Shown here: one piece after another, positions 24,701 to 33,983 of the stretch
Layout: each line of letters begins with the position of its first letter
How positions within the stretch are numbered: the stretch's first letter is position 1
Sequence record: PQ295795
Direction: 5' to 3' (one strand)
Length of the DNA stretch: 44,712 nt
Source of the DNA: Escherichia phage vB_Eco_Lzu_P1
Translations under genes and position numbers: made by a program
Notes under the pieces: generated by a model
What the model was told of the DNA's origin: nothing
Database searches by the model: none
Seen by the model: only the letters and a program-made list of their open reading frames with translations

Positions 24701-25181
24701 GCGGGTCCGCGTTATCCGTATACACAACGATCTTATAGTCGATGCGCCCGCCCACCAGGTCGCCATTATCTTCGTTTGTGTACAGGGCCGGAATGCCGAT
24801 GCGAATGCGCACGGCGTCCAAACTGGTGTCGTTAATCTGGCGCACCCACGGCGTGCCGTTTTCCAGTTTTACGCCGACAGATTGCTCACTTTCCACCGCT
24901 GAAAATCCGTGGATCACATCCTGGTGCTGTGTTCCGGGGCGGAACTCCACACGCGCGCCTGGGAAGTTTTCAGACAGGTCTGCATTCTGGATCGGTGTTC
25001 CGTCCAGATATACGCGCCGCCGTAATTCGTTAGGGTCTGGAATACCTTCGAACTCACCTTCTCCCAGCGCAAGCAAGATGCGGATTTTAGCCAGCGAATG
25101 CAGGCTATCGGGTGTCTCCTGTGGGGTGTGCTGTTTGCCACCGCCGCCTTTATGGCCTGTGACGTCATAGACAATCGTCAT
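21735..25181 (-). CDS. Central tail fibre / tip attachment protein (lambda J-like host-specificity protein)
   Basis: 1148 aa, last gene of an M-L-K-I-J order; conserved J-type segment LRYPLTALLFVEFDAKAFQNIPRVS...NPAWHWYDICITERFGLG. Confidence 0.8.
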   Translation of the reverse strand: MTIVYDVTGHKGGGGKQHTPQETPDSLHSLAKIRILLALGEGEFEGIPDPNELRRRVYLDGTPIQNADLSENFPGARVEFRPGTQHQDVIHGFSAVESEQSVGVKLENGTPWVRQINDTSLDAVRIRIGIPALYTNEDNGDLVGGRIDYKIVVYTDNADPREFTFAAVGKTMSLYERDHRIELPPNVNTGWRVEVHRITADSTSAKVVNDIQVQSITEIIDARLRYPLTALLFVEFDAKAFQNIPRVSIKCKGRKVLIPNNYDPINHTYSGDWDGTFKRAWTDNPAWHWYDICITERFGLGRRIKPQMLNRYALYQIAQRCDQLVSDGNGGREIRFKNDMYIQSQTDAWTVLKDLAAIFAGMTWWGNQMLNIVSDQPVAAVSHTITNASVIDGRFDYASGSQKTRYSTFAVAYGNPKNHYDDAIATGQRVELVRRHKINRLDITAIGCTRESEAQRRGHWALISNQLDQQVSFKVGMEGLFFIPGSVVAIADTNISGGFETRGGRLLSDPGTRTVLNTDSEITFRPGDKFLVRTDSGNVETREIASVNGNKVTLKTALDDDPIPDQPFCVDGDDIQLQKFRITDLEYDDSTSTFSVRGIEYNDSKYDAVDNGARLDPGIFTQVPDGVMTGPESVTITPSQISSQGQLITNVDIVFPPVKDAVVYEIQWRRTSLQNMAVQWGNDWVNIPRTASNGAHIPNVFSGNYQARVRAIGMGEISSPWVSSAITPVEGRLGGLNAPIITSAISGLHQILWKWNHNNAATDISYTELEVRKTGETEWKFLTNVPYPGAEYAQTSLEFGIYQQLRARVADKIGNLSDWSAPFEGQVSDKVDEYMKGLDDEFLTSEDGKRFQEAIDTIPQGIYEAMLTDAQQLFNARAEYKGIYAEIKVAYNVATDAHKAVAQLETLIGTRLDDAEASIHTLQTAQSTHEQAFAQYQQTVAAKFGEQEAAIRQVQTATADVAGALAEYKTQVAAQFGQQSAAIEQKMTSSFNHAGGSATYSLKAGVTYNGAYYDAGMQLSVVAEGGAVKSRIAFKADQFYIMHPSNGSLSSAFIVDGGQVYIDTARIKNASINFAQITDTLQSNNWNPGHSGWRIQKDGGAEFNNVTVRGNLFATTGNFGFSGGSVQIDATGINVPLPGGGRVKVGTW

Positions 25182-25795
25182 TCGTTCAAATCCTCGGTTA
25201 CGATTCCGGCTGAAATAATAGCGCCGCCGATCTCACGCTCGCCCCATAATACACCAAGCGCCGTACCTTGCGCGGTCGTGTTTACAGGGCCGCCGAACGC
25301 ATACGACGCTTTGTTATCCACGTCCTGCCGGGTCTGCAATCCTTTCGGCTGCGGCGACAGCAATTGCATAGCACCGCCCAGCGCAAGCGACATGCCAAAC
25401 GAAAATGTAGCCGTACCGATAGCGGCAGCGGTTGCAGCCGAAGCCCCGAAAGCGGCAGTAGCAAGTCCGCCAGTATAGAACGACGCCACTACAATCGCGA
25501 CACCCGCCAGCAATTGGCCCAGTCCGCTTTTTGCCCCCGTCATAACCGGCGCGATGGTGACGACGCGGTTACCGTGGAACTCGCCAAGCTCATCATAACC
25601 GGTCATCGTGTGGTTGCCTTTGCGCACCTTGAACATCATATTGTCCAGGTGGGCCGACATTAAAAAGTCTTGTAGCCCTGGCAACTTCACACACAGGCCG
25701 GTGATGCCTTCTCCCGGTGTGAAGCAGTCCAGCTTATGCACTTTACCAAAACGACGCCCTAAGACGCCGTACAATTTAAACGTGGTCATTGCCAT
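25178..25795 (-). CDS. Tail assembly protein (lambda I-like)
   Basis: 205 aa with Gly/Ala-rich hydrophobic C-terminal half; position between K-like and J-like genes. Confidence 0.65.
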   Translation of the reverse strand: MAMTTFKLYGVLGRRFGKVHKLDCFTPGEGITGLCVKLPGLQDFLMSAHLDNMMFKVRKGNHTMTGYDELGEFHGNRVVTIAPVMTGAKSGLGQLLAGVAIVVASFYTGGLATAAFGASAATAAAIGTATFSFGMSLALGGAMQLLSPQPKGLQTRQDVDNKASYAFGGPVNTTAQGTALGVLWGEREIGGAIISAGIVTEDLNE

Positions 25796-26526
25796 TCTGT
25801 GATATTCCCTGGTAGGTCTTTATGACGTACCCATTTAACCACATTGTCGCGGAAAAATCCTGCCCGGAAGGGAATCACGCTCGACAGGCTGCCGTAGATA
25901 TGGTGTAGTAGTTGGTTGCCCGGAAGGAATATCCCAGCGTGGTTAGGCACAGGCGCGCTAATCTGCATGATGACCATTGCCCCCGGCGTATTCTCCTCGC
26001 ATTCCCTGAAGCCCGCACCGTACCAATTATCCATATACAGATTTTCGCCTGTCTCCCACCAGTTATACGGCACGCGGAAGTCTGGCAGGTTTACACCCTG
26101 CTTTTTGTGCCAGTCCATGACGAGGCCATAACAATCTGTAATTCCGAGAACAAATCGGCGGCCTACCAGCGGCGGGTCTTCAGGGTCGATCTCGATAAAG
26201 TCGCCATATTCGTTAGTGATGGTCCAGACTACGCCGCTGCCGTTGCATCCGTTAACGTCGCCCAGTGAGGGGGTAAGCTCTCTCTGGCCCGGATGCGAGT
26301 GGACTACGCGCACGACGTCGCCCATATCCTCGGCATCCATCCAGGCCATATCACTAATCGTGAATGCGTCTTTACGTGAACGCACGCCGGTCGGGTCTTC
26401 GAATACGTTCATGCACGGGACAAATACTTGTTTGCGGCCCACCATGACAACCAGGCCACAGGCTTCTTCAGGCAGACATGCCGCAACGTGCGCGGCGATA
26501 TCGCTTTTAACCTTTTTCGTTAACAT
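25786..26526 (-). CDS. Tail protein with JAB/MPN and NlpC/P60 domains (lambda K-like)
   Basis: EACG ... HSHP JAB-type metal site followed by a Cys/His peptidase-like region; gene order. Confidence 0.7.
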   Translation of the reverse strand: MLTKKVKSDIAAHVAACLPEEACGLVVMVGRKQVFVPCMNVFEDPTGVRSRKDAFTISDMAWMDAEDMGDVVRVVHSHPGQRELTPSLGDVNGCNGSGVVWTITNEYGDFIEIDPEDPPLVGRRFVLGITDCYGLVMDWHKKQGVNLPDFRVPYNWWETGENLYMDNWYGAGFRECEENTPGAMVIMQISAPVPNHAGIFLPGNQLLHHIYGSLSSVIPFRAGFFRDNVVKWVRHKDLPGNITEWQ

Positions 26527-26528
26527 GG

Positions 26529-27317
26529 CTACCCCTTGATTAATTTGGACCCAGGAAAACCACCGAAGTCCAGCACCGCAGCTTTAGGATCCGCAAGCCC
26601 TTGCCCAAAACGAAGATAGCAGTCGGACAAACAGCCGCCGCATCGGTCCATATTCATCGCAATGACTTCATTACCACGCTCGTCGTAATACTTGATCCCA
26701 GGCTTCGCAAGGTTCCACGTACACCCGTCCCCGCTGGCGTACTTCCCGTTGAGCGCCCATTCGCACATATTCATGATTTGGCGACGGGGTACGACCTGCC
26801 CTTCCATATCCGCAGGTGAGGATAGTGCGAAGGTGATTTGCTTGCCAGGATTGCGCCCGACCTGCGAGTCGATGTAATACTCCTGAACTCGTTTCTGCGT
26901 CGGGTCTGGATCTGTCCCGTTGTCCAGGAACTTCGCGAACGTATCAATGATCTCAACCTTCGCGCCCAGTAGCTGGTCGTGGTTCAGCGACAGCCGGGTG
27001 ATAACTCCTCCAATATCGACAATGGTCAGTTGCGGTTCTGCTGCCGTTGATGTGGAGAAGTTGAGGCCGGACAAATCGAAGGGCCAAAATTCGAACTCCT
27101 GCCCGCCGAAGAAGATGGATTTTGGCTTCAGCTTATCCTCGTCACCCCCAGCGGCAGCAATATCCTCGGCAGTGTGCGGAATAAAGCAGTAATGAAAATA
27201 GTGGTGGCCCGCGCCGATCGCACCGTCTCCTGGTTCCACGTCCTGCGCGTCAATGTGAATCAGGCGAACGCGGCCCGATGGGTCAAAGCGCGTCGCCTCA
27301 CGATATAATTTATTCAT
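26529..27317 (-). CDS. Minor tail protein (lambda L-like) with C-terminal cysteine cluster
   Basis: 262 aa; C-terminal CEWA...C..C...CGGC cluster consistent with the Fe-S site of L-type proteins; gene order. Confidence 0.65.
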   Translation of the reverse strand: MNKLYREATRFDPSGRVRLIHIDAQDVEPGDGAIGAGHHYFHYCFIPHTAEDIAAAGGDEDKLKPKSIFFGGQEFEFWPFDLSGLNFSTSTAAEPQLTIVDIGGVITRLSLNHDQLLGAKVEIIDTFAKFLDNGTDPDPTQKRVQEYYIDSQVGRNPGKQITFALSSPADMEGQVVPRRQIMNMCEWALNGKYASGDGCTWNLAKPGIKYYDERGNEVIAMNMDRCGGCLSDCYLRFGQGLADPKAAVLDFGGFPGSKLIKG

Positions 27318-27913
27318 CTTACAAACCCGATAGCAGTCTTAAGGGTGGCGGATACCGTTGCCGTGTAGTGTCCGTTGTCAGTGTACGACAAGCTCGAGCG
27401 CTCGACCACGAATAAACCTGTTTCGCCATCCGGCGCGGTGACGATGAACGGTTTTACGAAGTGCCCGCGAAGGAAGTTGTAAACCAGTTTAGGGTTGCAC
27501 CACTTGTCGGTAGTCAGTCCTATGAATTGCACGGGGAACTGTTTCGTTTCGGCGTTCGGGCCGTCCGCAATGTTCTGTCCGTAACCGTTACCGAATTGCA
27601 ATTCCTCGGACCGGAAAGCCAACTGCACGTCTCCGCCGCCTTGCAATTGCATGTGCCAGTAATAGGGCCATTCGTTTGATCGCGGGTCGTGTGCTTCTAT
27701 TAGCTCATATACCGCACCGGATTTCGTTGGACCGGCCCAGTTATCCACCAGAGTGATGACGGTGTTAGAGTTGAATGCCGCAATTTTTCCGGTGTAGTCG
27801 TTGCCGTCGATGCGGGCGAATACGCGTACCTTCCCGACCTCGCTCAAGAACGCCGTTCCCGCGCCCGTGACGGTCTTACTTCCGTTCGTTAGTGTGATTG
27901 TACCTTGTGCCAT
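27314..27913 (-). CDS. Minor tail protein in the lambda M position (199 aa) sharing an N-terminal motif with the tail fibre
   Basis: Gene order after tape measure; MAQGTITLTNGSKTVTGAGTAF resembles MAAGTLSVTNNSKAVVGVGTTF of the 18615..20438 fibre. Confidence 0.55.
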   Translation of the reverse strand: MAQGTITLTNGSKTVTGAGTAFLSEVGKVRVFARIDGNDYTGKIAAFNSNTVITLVDNWAGPTKSGAVYELIEAHDPRSNEWPYYWHMQLQGGGDVQLAFRSEELQFGNGYGQNIADGPNAETKQFPVQFIGLTTDKWCNPKLVYNFLRGHFVKPFIVTAPDGETGLFVVERSSLSYTDNGHYTATVSATLKTAIGFVR

Positions 27914-27949
27914 AGAAAATCCCCCACGATGGATGTGGGGGCCATTTTA

Positions 27950-30591
27950 TCATCGTTTGTAAAGTACACCACCCGGTTTCGTCGCCTTCACGATCTCGGC
28001 CTTCACCGCCTCGGTGATTTGCTTGCCGAACGCCTGCGCGGTACGTGGGTCCGGCCCGCCAACACTGGTATCCGTCTTACCGGTCCCCGTGTAAACGTTA
28101 GTCGTCACGACCATACCACCGCCTGCGCCAGACGCGGCAACGCCCAGTTTCCCGTCCGGCCCGCGCTTCAGTGGCATGATGGCCTCGGGTCCAGCCTCAC
28201 CCATCAACCCAGCGCCCTTAGCGAACGCCTGGACGCCATAACTGAAAAAGGTAGGCTGGCTTACCACTTTCCCCGAATAGGCCGCGAGATTGCCTCCTGC
28301 GTACGCTCCGCCGTCCGCATTCTTAGTAAGGCCAGAGAAGATAGCGCCGAACAATCCGTTTTTGCCGCCGTCACCACCGAAAGCGCTAACGATGGACTTG
28401 AACGCCTGCGAGGTAGCCAGCTTGATTAATTCGCTCAGGATGGACTTAACCATATCCTTTGCGTTCAGCTTGCCAGTCTCGAAAAACTCGTTCATCGTGT
28501 CCTGCATAGCGCTGAATGTGAATTTCGTGAGAGACGCCATCTGCGTATATCCGTTACCCATCTCATCCACGCTATCCTTAAGCCCGCGACTGAATCCATC
28601 CCATAACGAGGCGTTAGCGCCGGTCTGTGCCTCCTGCACTTCTCGCAGCTTAGACACCGCCTTGTCAATATCGGTATCGTTAGCGCCAACCCGCTTCAGG
28701 CGGTCAATTAGCTGCAATTCTTCGCGCAGGTTTGCCGCTTCGCGAGTGGAAAGCGCATAGCCCGCGGCGGTGGCTTTTAGTTCGGCGTTCTGGTTCTTAA
28801 CGAAGGCATCGATCTGCGCGTGCGCCTTAACCTGCCTCTCTTTCGCGTCCAGCAATTTGGCTTCTTCGACGATCTGCTCGCGCACTTCCTTCACGCGTCC
28901 AAATTCCACCATCTGCTGCTTTTCGGCTGCCGTTAGCGCTCTTTCTTTGCTCGCAGCGATTAACTGCTCATTGTCGGCGATCAGCTTGTTTAGGGCCGCT
29001 TGAGCGCGTTGCGTGCGGGTCTGCGTCGATGCGTTGGCTTCGATCTGTTTGCCGGATTCTCGAAGCTGGGCCAGTTCGCTCCGTGCGACTTCCAGCATTT
29101 TCATACCGGCATCCACGCGAACAGCCGCGGCCTTCTTCGGGGCCGGGTCTTTGTAACGCTCGTTTACCTGCTTAACTGCCTCAGCAAGCTCTTTCTCATC
29201 AATAACGCCGCGCTTATTCAGCAAATTGAGGCGGGCGATCTCGTCGGCGCGCTTCTTCGCGTTAGTTGCGTACTCCTTCTCGAACGCGGCGCGGTCGCGA
29301 GCGGTGCGGTTGGCCTCCTCGTTCGCCTTTGCTGATTCGTCCGCGGCGCGGGCGTTGTCTCGCTCCGCACGGTTACGCAGGGTGAGCGACGCCACTACTT
29401 TTTCCTGGGCGACCAGTTCGCTGTAAAGCATGTTAATACGTGCTTTCTGCGCTTCAGTCATTACCCCACCGGCAGCGTTAACCGCTTTCATCTCGGCATA
29501 GTAAGCCGTAGTCATGCGCTGCAGTGATTCGCGCGCTTTCATCTCCGACTCATTGGAGGACTGCGCGCGGCCCACATCCAGGATAGCGTCCCACATAGAT
29601 TTAGCCGCCGATGTGACGACGTTCATCGACCGCTCAAGCGTGCCCATGTTCGCCTTGATATCGTTGGTCATAGTGGTGAACGATGCCGCGGCGGTTTTGT
29701 TCGCCAGCGCAACTGCGTCTGTCTCACGACCCATATCCACAAGCGACTGCACCTGCTGGATCTGCGCTTCGTTTACGACGTGATACTTATCTGCCAGTGC
29801 GCGCAAACCGCCTACGGGGTCAGTTGACAGCTTCGCCACCGCCGCGACCACATCTTCGACCGGCTGGCTGGACACCTTAGAGAAGTCATTAACCACCTTC
29901 GCCAGTGCACCGAAGTCAGCACCCGCCTTCACACCCGCCGCCGCCAGTGACTGAATTGTGTCACGCGTCTTGCGGAATGATCCGCCCATCCTCTCGGCGT
30001 TCTCGGATAGCACCAGGATCTGGTTAGCGGTGAGGCCAGAAATATTACCGGACAGCGCCAGCGTCTTGTTAAGCGCCGCCACTTGGTTTTCCGCGCGGGA
30101 CATAATCGACACGCCAACGCCCATCGTTGCCGTTAATGCAGCGATGCCGATCCCTAACGGGCCGAGTGTGCCGACGACATAACGCAGCGTATTCCCCAAC
30201 CCGCCAAACGCCCCAGTAAGCTGTGGTAACTGCTGAAGCATGACTCGATGCACCGGCATACCCATTTCAAGCGTCACCGCGATATCCTGTAACTGGAATG
30301 CGGCGTTCCGCGATGCGAATCCCAGGTTTTTGGTCGACATGCCTAATCGGCTGGCGAGTCGCTCCTGTTTCGTCATGCCGTCGGCGGCGCGCTGCGATTC
30401 AGTCGCTAACTTTTCCATTCCGCCCGCGGCGTCACCAGTGACCTTTTTCGACTTGCCGAGTGTGTCGTTTAATTTCTTTACTTTCTGTTCTGTGTTCTCG
30501 GATTTCTGCGCAAATGTGTCCAGCACAGTATTGGCCGTTTTAATTTGCGCGACGTCCGCCTTGAGCGTGATGCCCGCAGCCTGATCTGCCA
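27950..30591 (-). CDS. Tail tape measure protein
   Basis: 880 aa, long alpha-helical/Ala-Gln-rich stretches, downstream of the G/GT chaperone; start at ATG 30591 (AAAGGGGGGA RBS) rather than the track start 30631. Confidence 0.8.
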
Positions 30592-30661
30592 TTATGCAGT
30601 CCCCCCTTTTTATGCAGTTGCCGTCGGTCATTGTATCAGCGAATTTAAAACAAACCTTATT

Positions 30662-30975
30662 CAGTCTCAGACGAGGGGGGCCATTGACCCCCGTCTAGTC
30701 TGAAAGACTGGGCTTTGTCCCGCCTGTCCCGATCGGCTAAAACCCACGGCAGCACTGACGGGGACAGGGGTGCTGTCCCGCTTTGTCCCGCCTCATTCTG
30801 TCCCGCTTTCTGTCCCGTTTGTTTTATGCAGAAAAACCGCATAGCTATTCACTTTTAAGGGGCGGGACAGATCGGGACATCACCCCGTCCCGCTTTTAGT
30901 TTATGCAATGAAAGTGAGTATATATGCTGTTTAATGGTGGCGGGACAAAACGGGACGTCCCGCCTGTCCCGCTTC
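30662..30975. repeat. Non-coding hairpin plus GTCCCGC iteron element, copy B, with extra iteron cluster
   Basis: 30662-30731 identical to 2842-2911; about nine direct and several inverted (G)TCCCGC units; inserted between the GT chaperone stop and the tape-measure start. Confidence 0.85.
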
Positions 30976-30976
30976 G

Positions 30977-31653
30977 TTATGCGGGGTTCTGCCGCGCCAT
31001 TTCATCCAGCGCAACGCGTTCCATTAGCTTGATATCTTTAAACGCACGTTGCGCGTTTTCGATGCCGTGCATCTTAAATAACCATTCCAGTACGCCGTAG
31101 TCTATGCCGTATGCCCCGCCAAATCCGGTACGCCATTGCGTGGAGCAATCTGTGAAGACTGCGACTACCTTCGCGTTGTCGGGCCACAGCGCAACTGGTG
31201 GACACACGTCTTCAGGTGTCGCGCCCCATAAACTCGCGGCTAAATCTTCGGAGGGTGGCGGCGGGCCATAAAAGCGCCGCGCCGCCTCAATTAGTTTTTT
31301 TCACGCAACCCCATCAATTCGAGGTAGTACGACGTATGGAACACGCCGAACGCGCGCGGGTAGTTGACTACCAGGCGGCGGACGTTGGCGGCATTAAATT
31401 CGTCCGGCAAATTCCAGCCTTCAGCGACGTGCATGATGGCCTCGACCATAACGTTAAATCCTTCCGGGTCATTGTCGTCATACTCCGACAATTTGCGCTC
31501 AGTGTCCTGCATGGTCTGCGAAAATTCGTCGATAGGGCGGTGGCGCACGGTAAACGTCATTTTGCCCGGTTCGTTCTCACCAGGGCGCGGGATCTCAATC
31601 GGCAGCTTAAAGGTTGGTTTAGGGTCAAGTGTGAAGAGTGGTGCTTTAGCCAT
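30977..31653 (-). CDS. Tail assembly chaperone G-T fusion product (requires -1 ribosomal frameshift near 31294-31302)
   Basis: The -1 frame is open from the slippery site to 30977; downstream ORF lacks its own start context. Confidence 0.6.
31291..31653 (-). CDS. Tail assembly chaperone G
   Basis: ATG at 31653 with GGAGAA RBS; position between major tail and tape measure; ends in the slippery sequence. Confidence 0.65.
   Translation of the reverse strand: MAKAPLFTLDPKPTFKLPIEIPRPGENEPGKMTFTVRHRPIDEFSQTMQDTERKLSEYDDNDPEGFNVMVEAIMHVAEGWNLPDEFNAANVRRLVVNYPRAFGVFHTSYYLELMGLREKN
31294..31302 (-). other. Programmed -1 frameshift slippery site G-AAA-AAA-C
   Basis: Minus strand CGT GAA AAA AAC TAA at the end of G; A-AAA-AAC heptamer. 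Confidence 0.6.
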
Positions 31654-31663
31654 TGTAGTATTC

Positions 31664-31691
31664 TCCAATAAAAAGGGGCCAGTACGGCCCC
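31664..31691 (-). terminator. Intrinsic terminator after the major tail gene
   Basis: Minus strand GGGGCC-gtact-GGCCCC followed by TTTTTATT. Confidence 0.55.
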
Positions 31692-31721
31692 ATATTAACA
31701 CCCGCTATTTAAGCGACCAAA

Positions 31722-32447
31722 TTACGACAGCGCTTCAACCAGGTCCTTACGGTAAATAACCATATCGGATTGCATGGTCAGAGTGGACTCCACCGTCTCC
31801 ACGTTGTTTACTTCAGCCGATGGAATCTTCCGGAAAGACACCTTAGCCGGGTAAATGCGGATCTCACCTTTGCCGCTTGCTGCCGCTGGGTTAGTGAACT
31901 TAATCACAGTGGTTTTCTGTGTGTCGTCCAGGTCTTCCAGGATTGGGCGGATCGGGTCTTCTTCGTCATGGGTGAAGGTGTAAGTCTGGACCAACGGGTT
32001 TTTCGTGGTGTTCAGACTAATCGCGGTATTCACCTGCAACGGCTGGAAGGTAGTAGTCTGCTGGTCGCCACCAGACACGGCGACGTTAGTGATAAACGGG
32101 AAGTCGATAAAGCTCGACACCTTCACCACCTCACCAGGTGTGCCTACGCCGAAAGCACCGGTCGGGTATTTGGTTACGTCTTGAGTATCGAAGCGCGCCA
32201 GCGTCACGTCGTTAGTATCCACTTTACCCACGATGAACGCGCGGTTAAGCGCACGTACCCACGGGGTTTTAGTGAACATAACCACGTCCCCCACAGCAAG
32301 ACCATGCGACGCCGCGCAGGTGATAACGCATCCTTGCGTAAGATCGGATATTGACGCCGCGGCGTTGGTCGCTGCCGTAACGGCGATGCCTGCACCCAAT
32401 ACGGACCCAATCTGCACGCTGGACCCGTTAGGAAGTTGATAACCCAT
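31722..32447 (-). CDS. Major tail protein
   Basis: 241 aa, immediately upstream of G/GT and tape measure, followed by a terminator as often seen after abundant tail-tube genes. Confidence 0.7.
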   Translation of the reverse strand: MGYQLPNGSSVQIGSVLGAGIAVTAATNAAASISDLTQGCVITCAASHGLAVGDVVMFTKTPWVRALNRAFIVGKVDTNDVTLARFDTQDVTKYPTGAFGVGTPGEVVKVSSFIDFPFITNVAVSGGDQQTTTFQPLQVNTAISLNTTKNPLVQTYTFTHDEEDPIRPILEDLDDTQKTTVIKFTNPAAASGKGEIRIYPAKVSFRKIPSAEVNNVETVESTLTMQSDMVIYRKDLVEALS

Positions 32448-32508
32448 AATGAACGCTCCTGTTTAGATATACGGTTTAATGATACAGCACGCGCATAATT
32501 GCGCCAAA

Positions 32509-32931
32509 TCAGGCGCAACAGGTGTAGGGGACTGTAACCACGATGCGGGCGCGATCAACGTCCTCGACCACCGAACTGGTATAAGGCGAGTCCTGAAGCT
32601 GGAAGGCCGCTCCGGAAATCCTTACGGCCTGCCATTTATCCGACGTCGCGATGGCGTCCGCCAGTTCGCTCGCGTACTGTGTGCCAGTGCCCGCCGGAAA
32701 CACCACGGCAACCTGATATACGCCAGCATAGATCCGGCCCTTCTGCTGTAAGCCCACAAACTGGGTCGGGGCCGGTAGCAGGTACGGCTCCAGGTAGACA
32801 CCGCTGCCGTTTGCGTGGTCGCCGCTCACGTTCTCCCAGTTAACCCTAATCGGACGCTGGCTTGTGCTCAGGCTTGCCGATAATTCTTCAACCACGCTGT
32901 TAAGCGCTTTGCGGATTGCGGTATTGCTCAT
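32509..32931 (-). CDS. Tail terminator / tail completion protein (by position)
   Basis: 140-aa ORF immediately upstream of major tail gene. Confidence 0.4.
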   Translation of the reverse strand: MSNTAIRKALNSVVEELSASLSTSQRPIRVNWENVSGDHANGSGVYLEPYLLPAPTQFVGLQQKGRIYAGVYQVAVVFPAGTGTQYASELADAIATSDKWQAVRISGAAFQLQDSPYTSSVVEDVDRARIVVTVPYTCCA

Positions 32932-33524
32932 TATTTCACCTTCGAATTAATTTCTGCCGCTACGACGCGAACAATCCCCGCGGGCGCTTGTTTACTCCAT
33001 CCATACTCAAGTCGCTGCGCGTATGGCACATTGTTAGTAAACCAGATCGACCCGTATTCACTCGAATCGTAATGCGCCAGCACTTCACGCCCAGCGGCTA
33101 ATGTTGCCGTTCCGGCCTTGTCAACGCGGTCAATAGCGCCGACAGCCGGGCGATCGAACGTAACCTGCCAGTTACCACGGAAGCGCCCCCCGGTGTAATT
33201 CTTCGCGGCCCAGCCACGCTGGCGGAACGTGACGTTGCCGTTTTTAGTTTTGAATGATACCAGCACACTGGCGTGCTTCTTCTGACCGCGCTTCAGTTTG
33301 CCGCCATTCTTGCGGCGCTGTGCGGCGTTCACCTTGTTCGCGTGCTGGCGGGCCATTGCATAAGCCTTGTTAATCTTCCACCGGCGAGGGTCGCCCACCG
33401 GGGAGATCTCAATAAGGCGTCCGAGTATTTGCATCCCATACGCCCGCACCGCCTTGTCGTTGTTCTCCTTCGTCTTATCCACCCACGTAGCAATCGTGGC
33501 GGCGAACGAGTAGACTTCAGCCAC
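32931..33524 (-). CDS. Head-tail connector / neck protein (by position)
   Basis: 197-aa ORF in the connector cluster; overlapping stop/start with neighbours. Confidence 0.4.
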   Translation of the reverse strand: MAEVYSFAATIATWVDKTKENNDKAVRAYGMQILGRLIEISPVGDPRRWKINKAYAMARQHANKVNAAQRRKNGGKLKRGQKKHASVLVSFKTKNGNVTFRQRGWAAKNYTGGRFRGNWQVTFDRPAVGAIDRVDKAGTATLAAGREVLAHYDSSEYGSIWFTNNVPYAQRLEYGWSKQAPAGIVRVVAAEINSKVK

Positions 33525-33525
33525 G

Positions 33526-33879
33526 TTAGCCCCTTAGCTGTAGTTGAAACAGCATGGTCTGGCCCGCCGGTTGCAGGGGGTTGGGATTGATAACCCGGTA
33601 GTCTGTATTGTTCAGGCTAACCAAATCCCCTACCCTCACCTGCTTGACGGCCTGACACAAAAACTTCACATCACCGGCAACGATACGCGTCCCGTCGATC
33701 TCGCTCGGCTTGTACTCCTCTCGAAGACCGATGACGTCGAACGACGTTGGCGGGATTATCACTTCGTCGCCGTCTACGCGGTCAACCGACCCCGGACGCG
33801 TCACCGTAGCCGTCATGCCGAACTTTTTAATCAGCGGATTGACTTTCCGCTTTAACCCCGCGTAATTAAAGCCCGCCAT
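33526..33879 (-). CDS. Head-tail connector protein (by position)
   Basis: ATG at 33879 with GGGGGA RBS; track start 33885. Confidence 0.4.
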   Translation of the reverse strand: MAGFNYAGLKRKVNPLIKKFGMTATVTRPGSVDRVDGDEVIIPPTSFDVIGLREEYKPSEIDGTRIVAGDVKFLCQAVKQVRVGDLVSLNNTDYRVINPNPLQPAGQTMLFQLQLRG

Positions 33880-33983
33880 TATCATCCCCCTGTACCGGTG
33901 GTTCCGGTTCTGGCGCTGGTTCCGGTTCTGGTTGGCGTTTAGTATTTGCGGCGATAATAGCCGCCAGTAATGCAGGATTCATA

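Noticed and set aside
30657-30842. 61-aa ORF inside iteron element copy B
   Set aside because: Same reasoning; spurious frame through GC-rich repeats.
30662-30975. Possible CRISPR array
   Set aside because: Repeat unit is only about 8 bp with 3-5 bp spacers and mixed orientation; not CRISPR geometry, and no cas genes.
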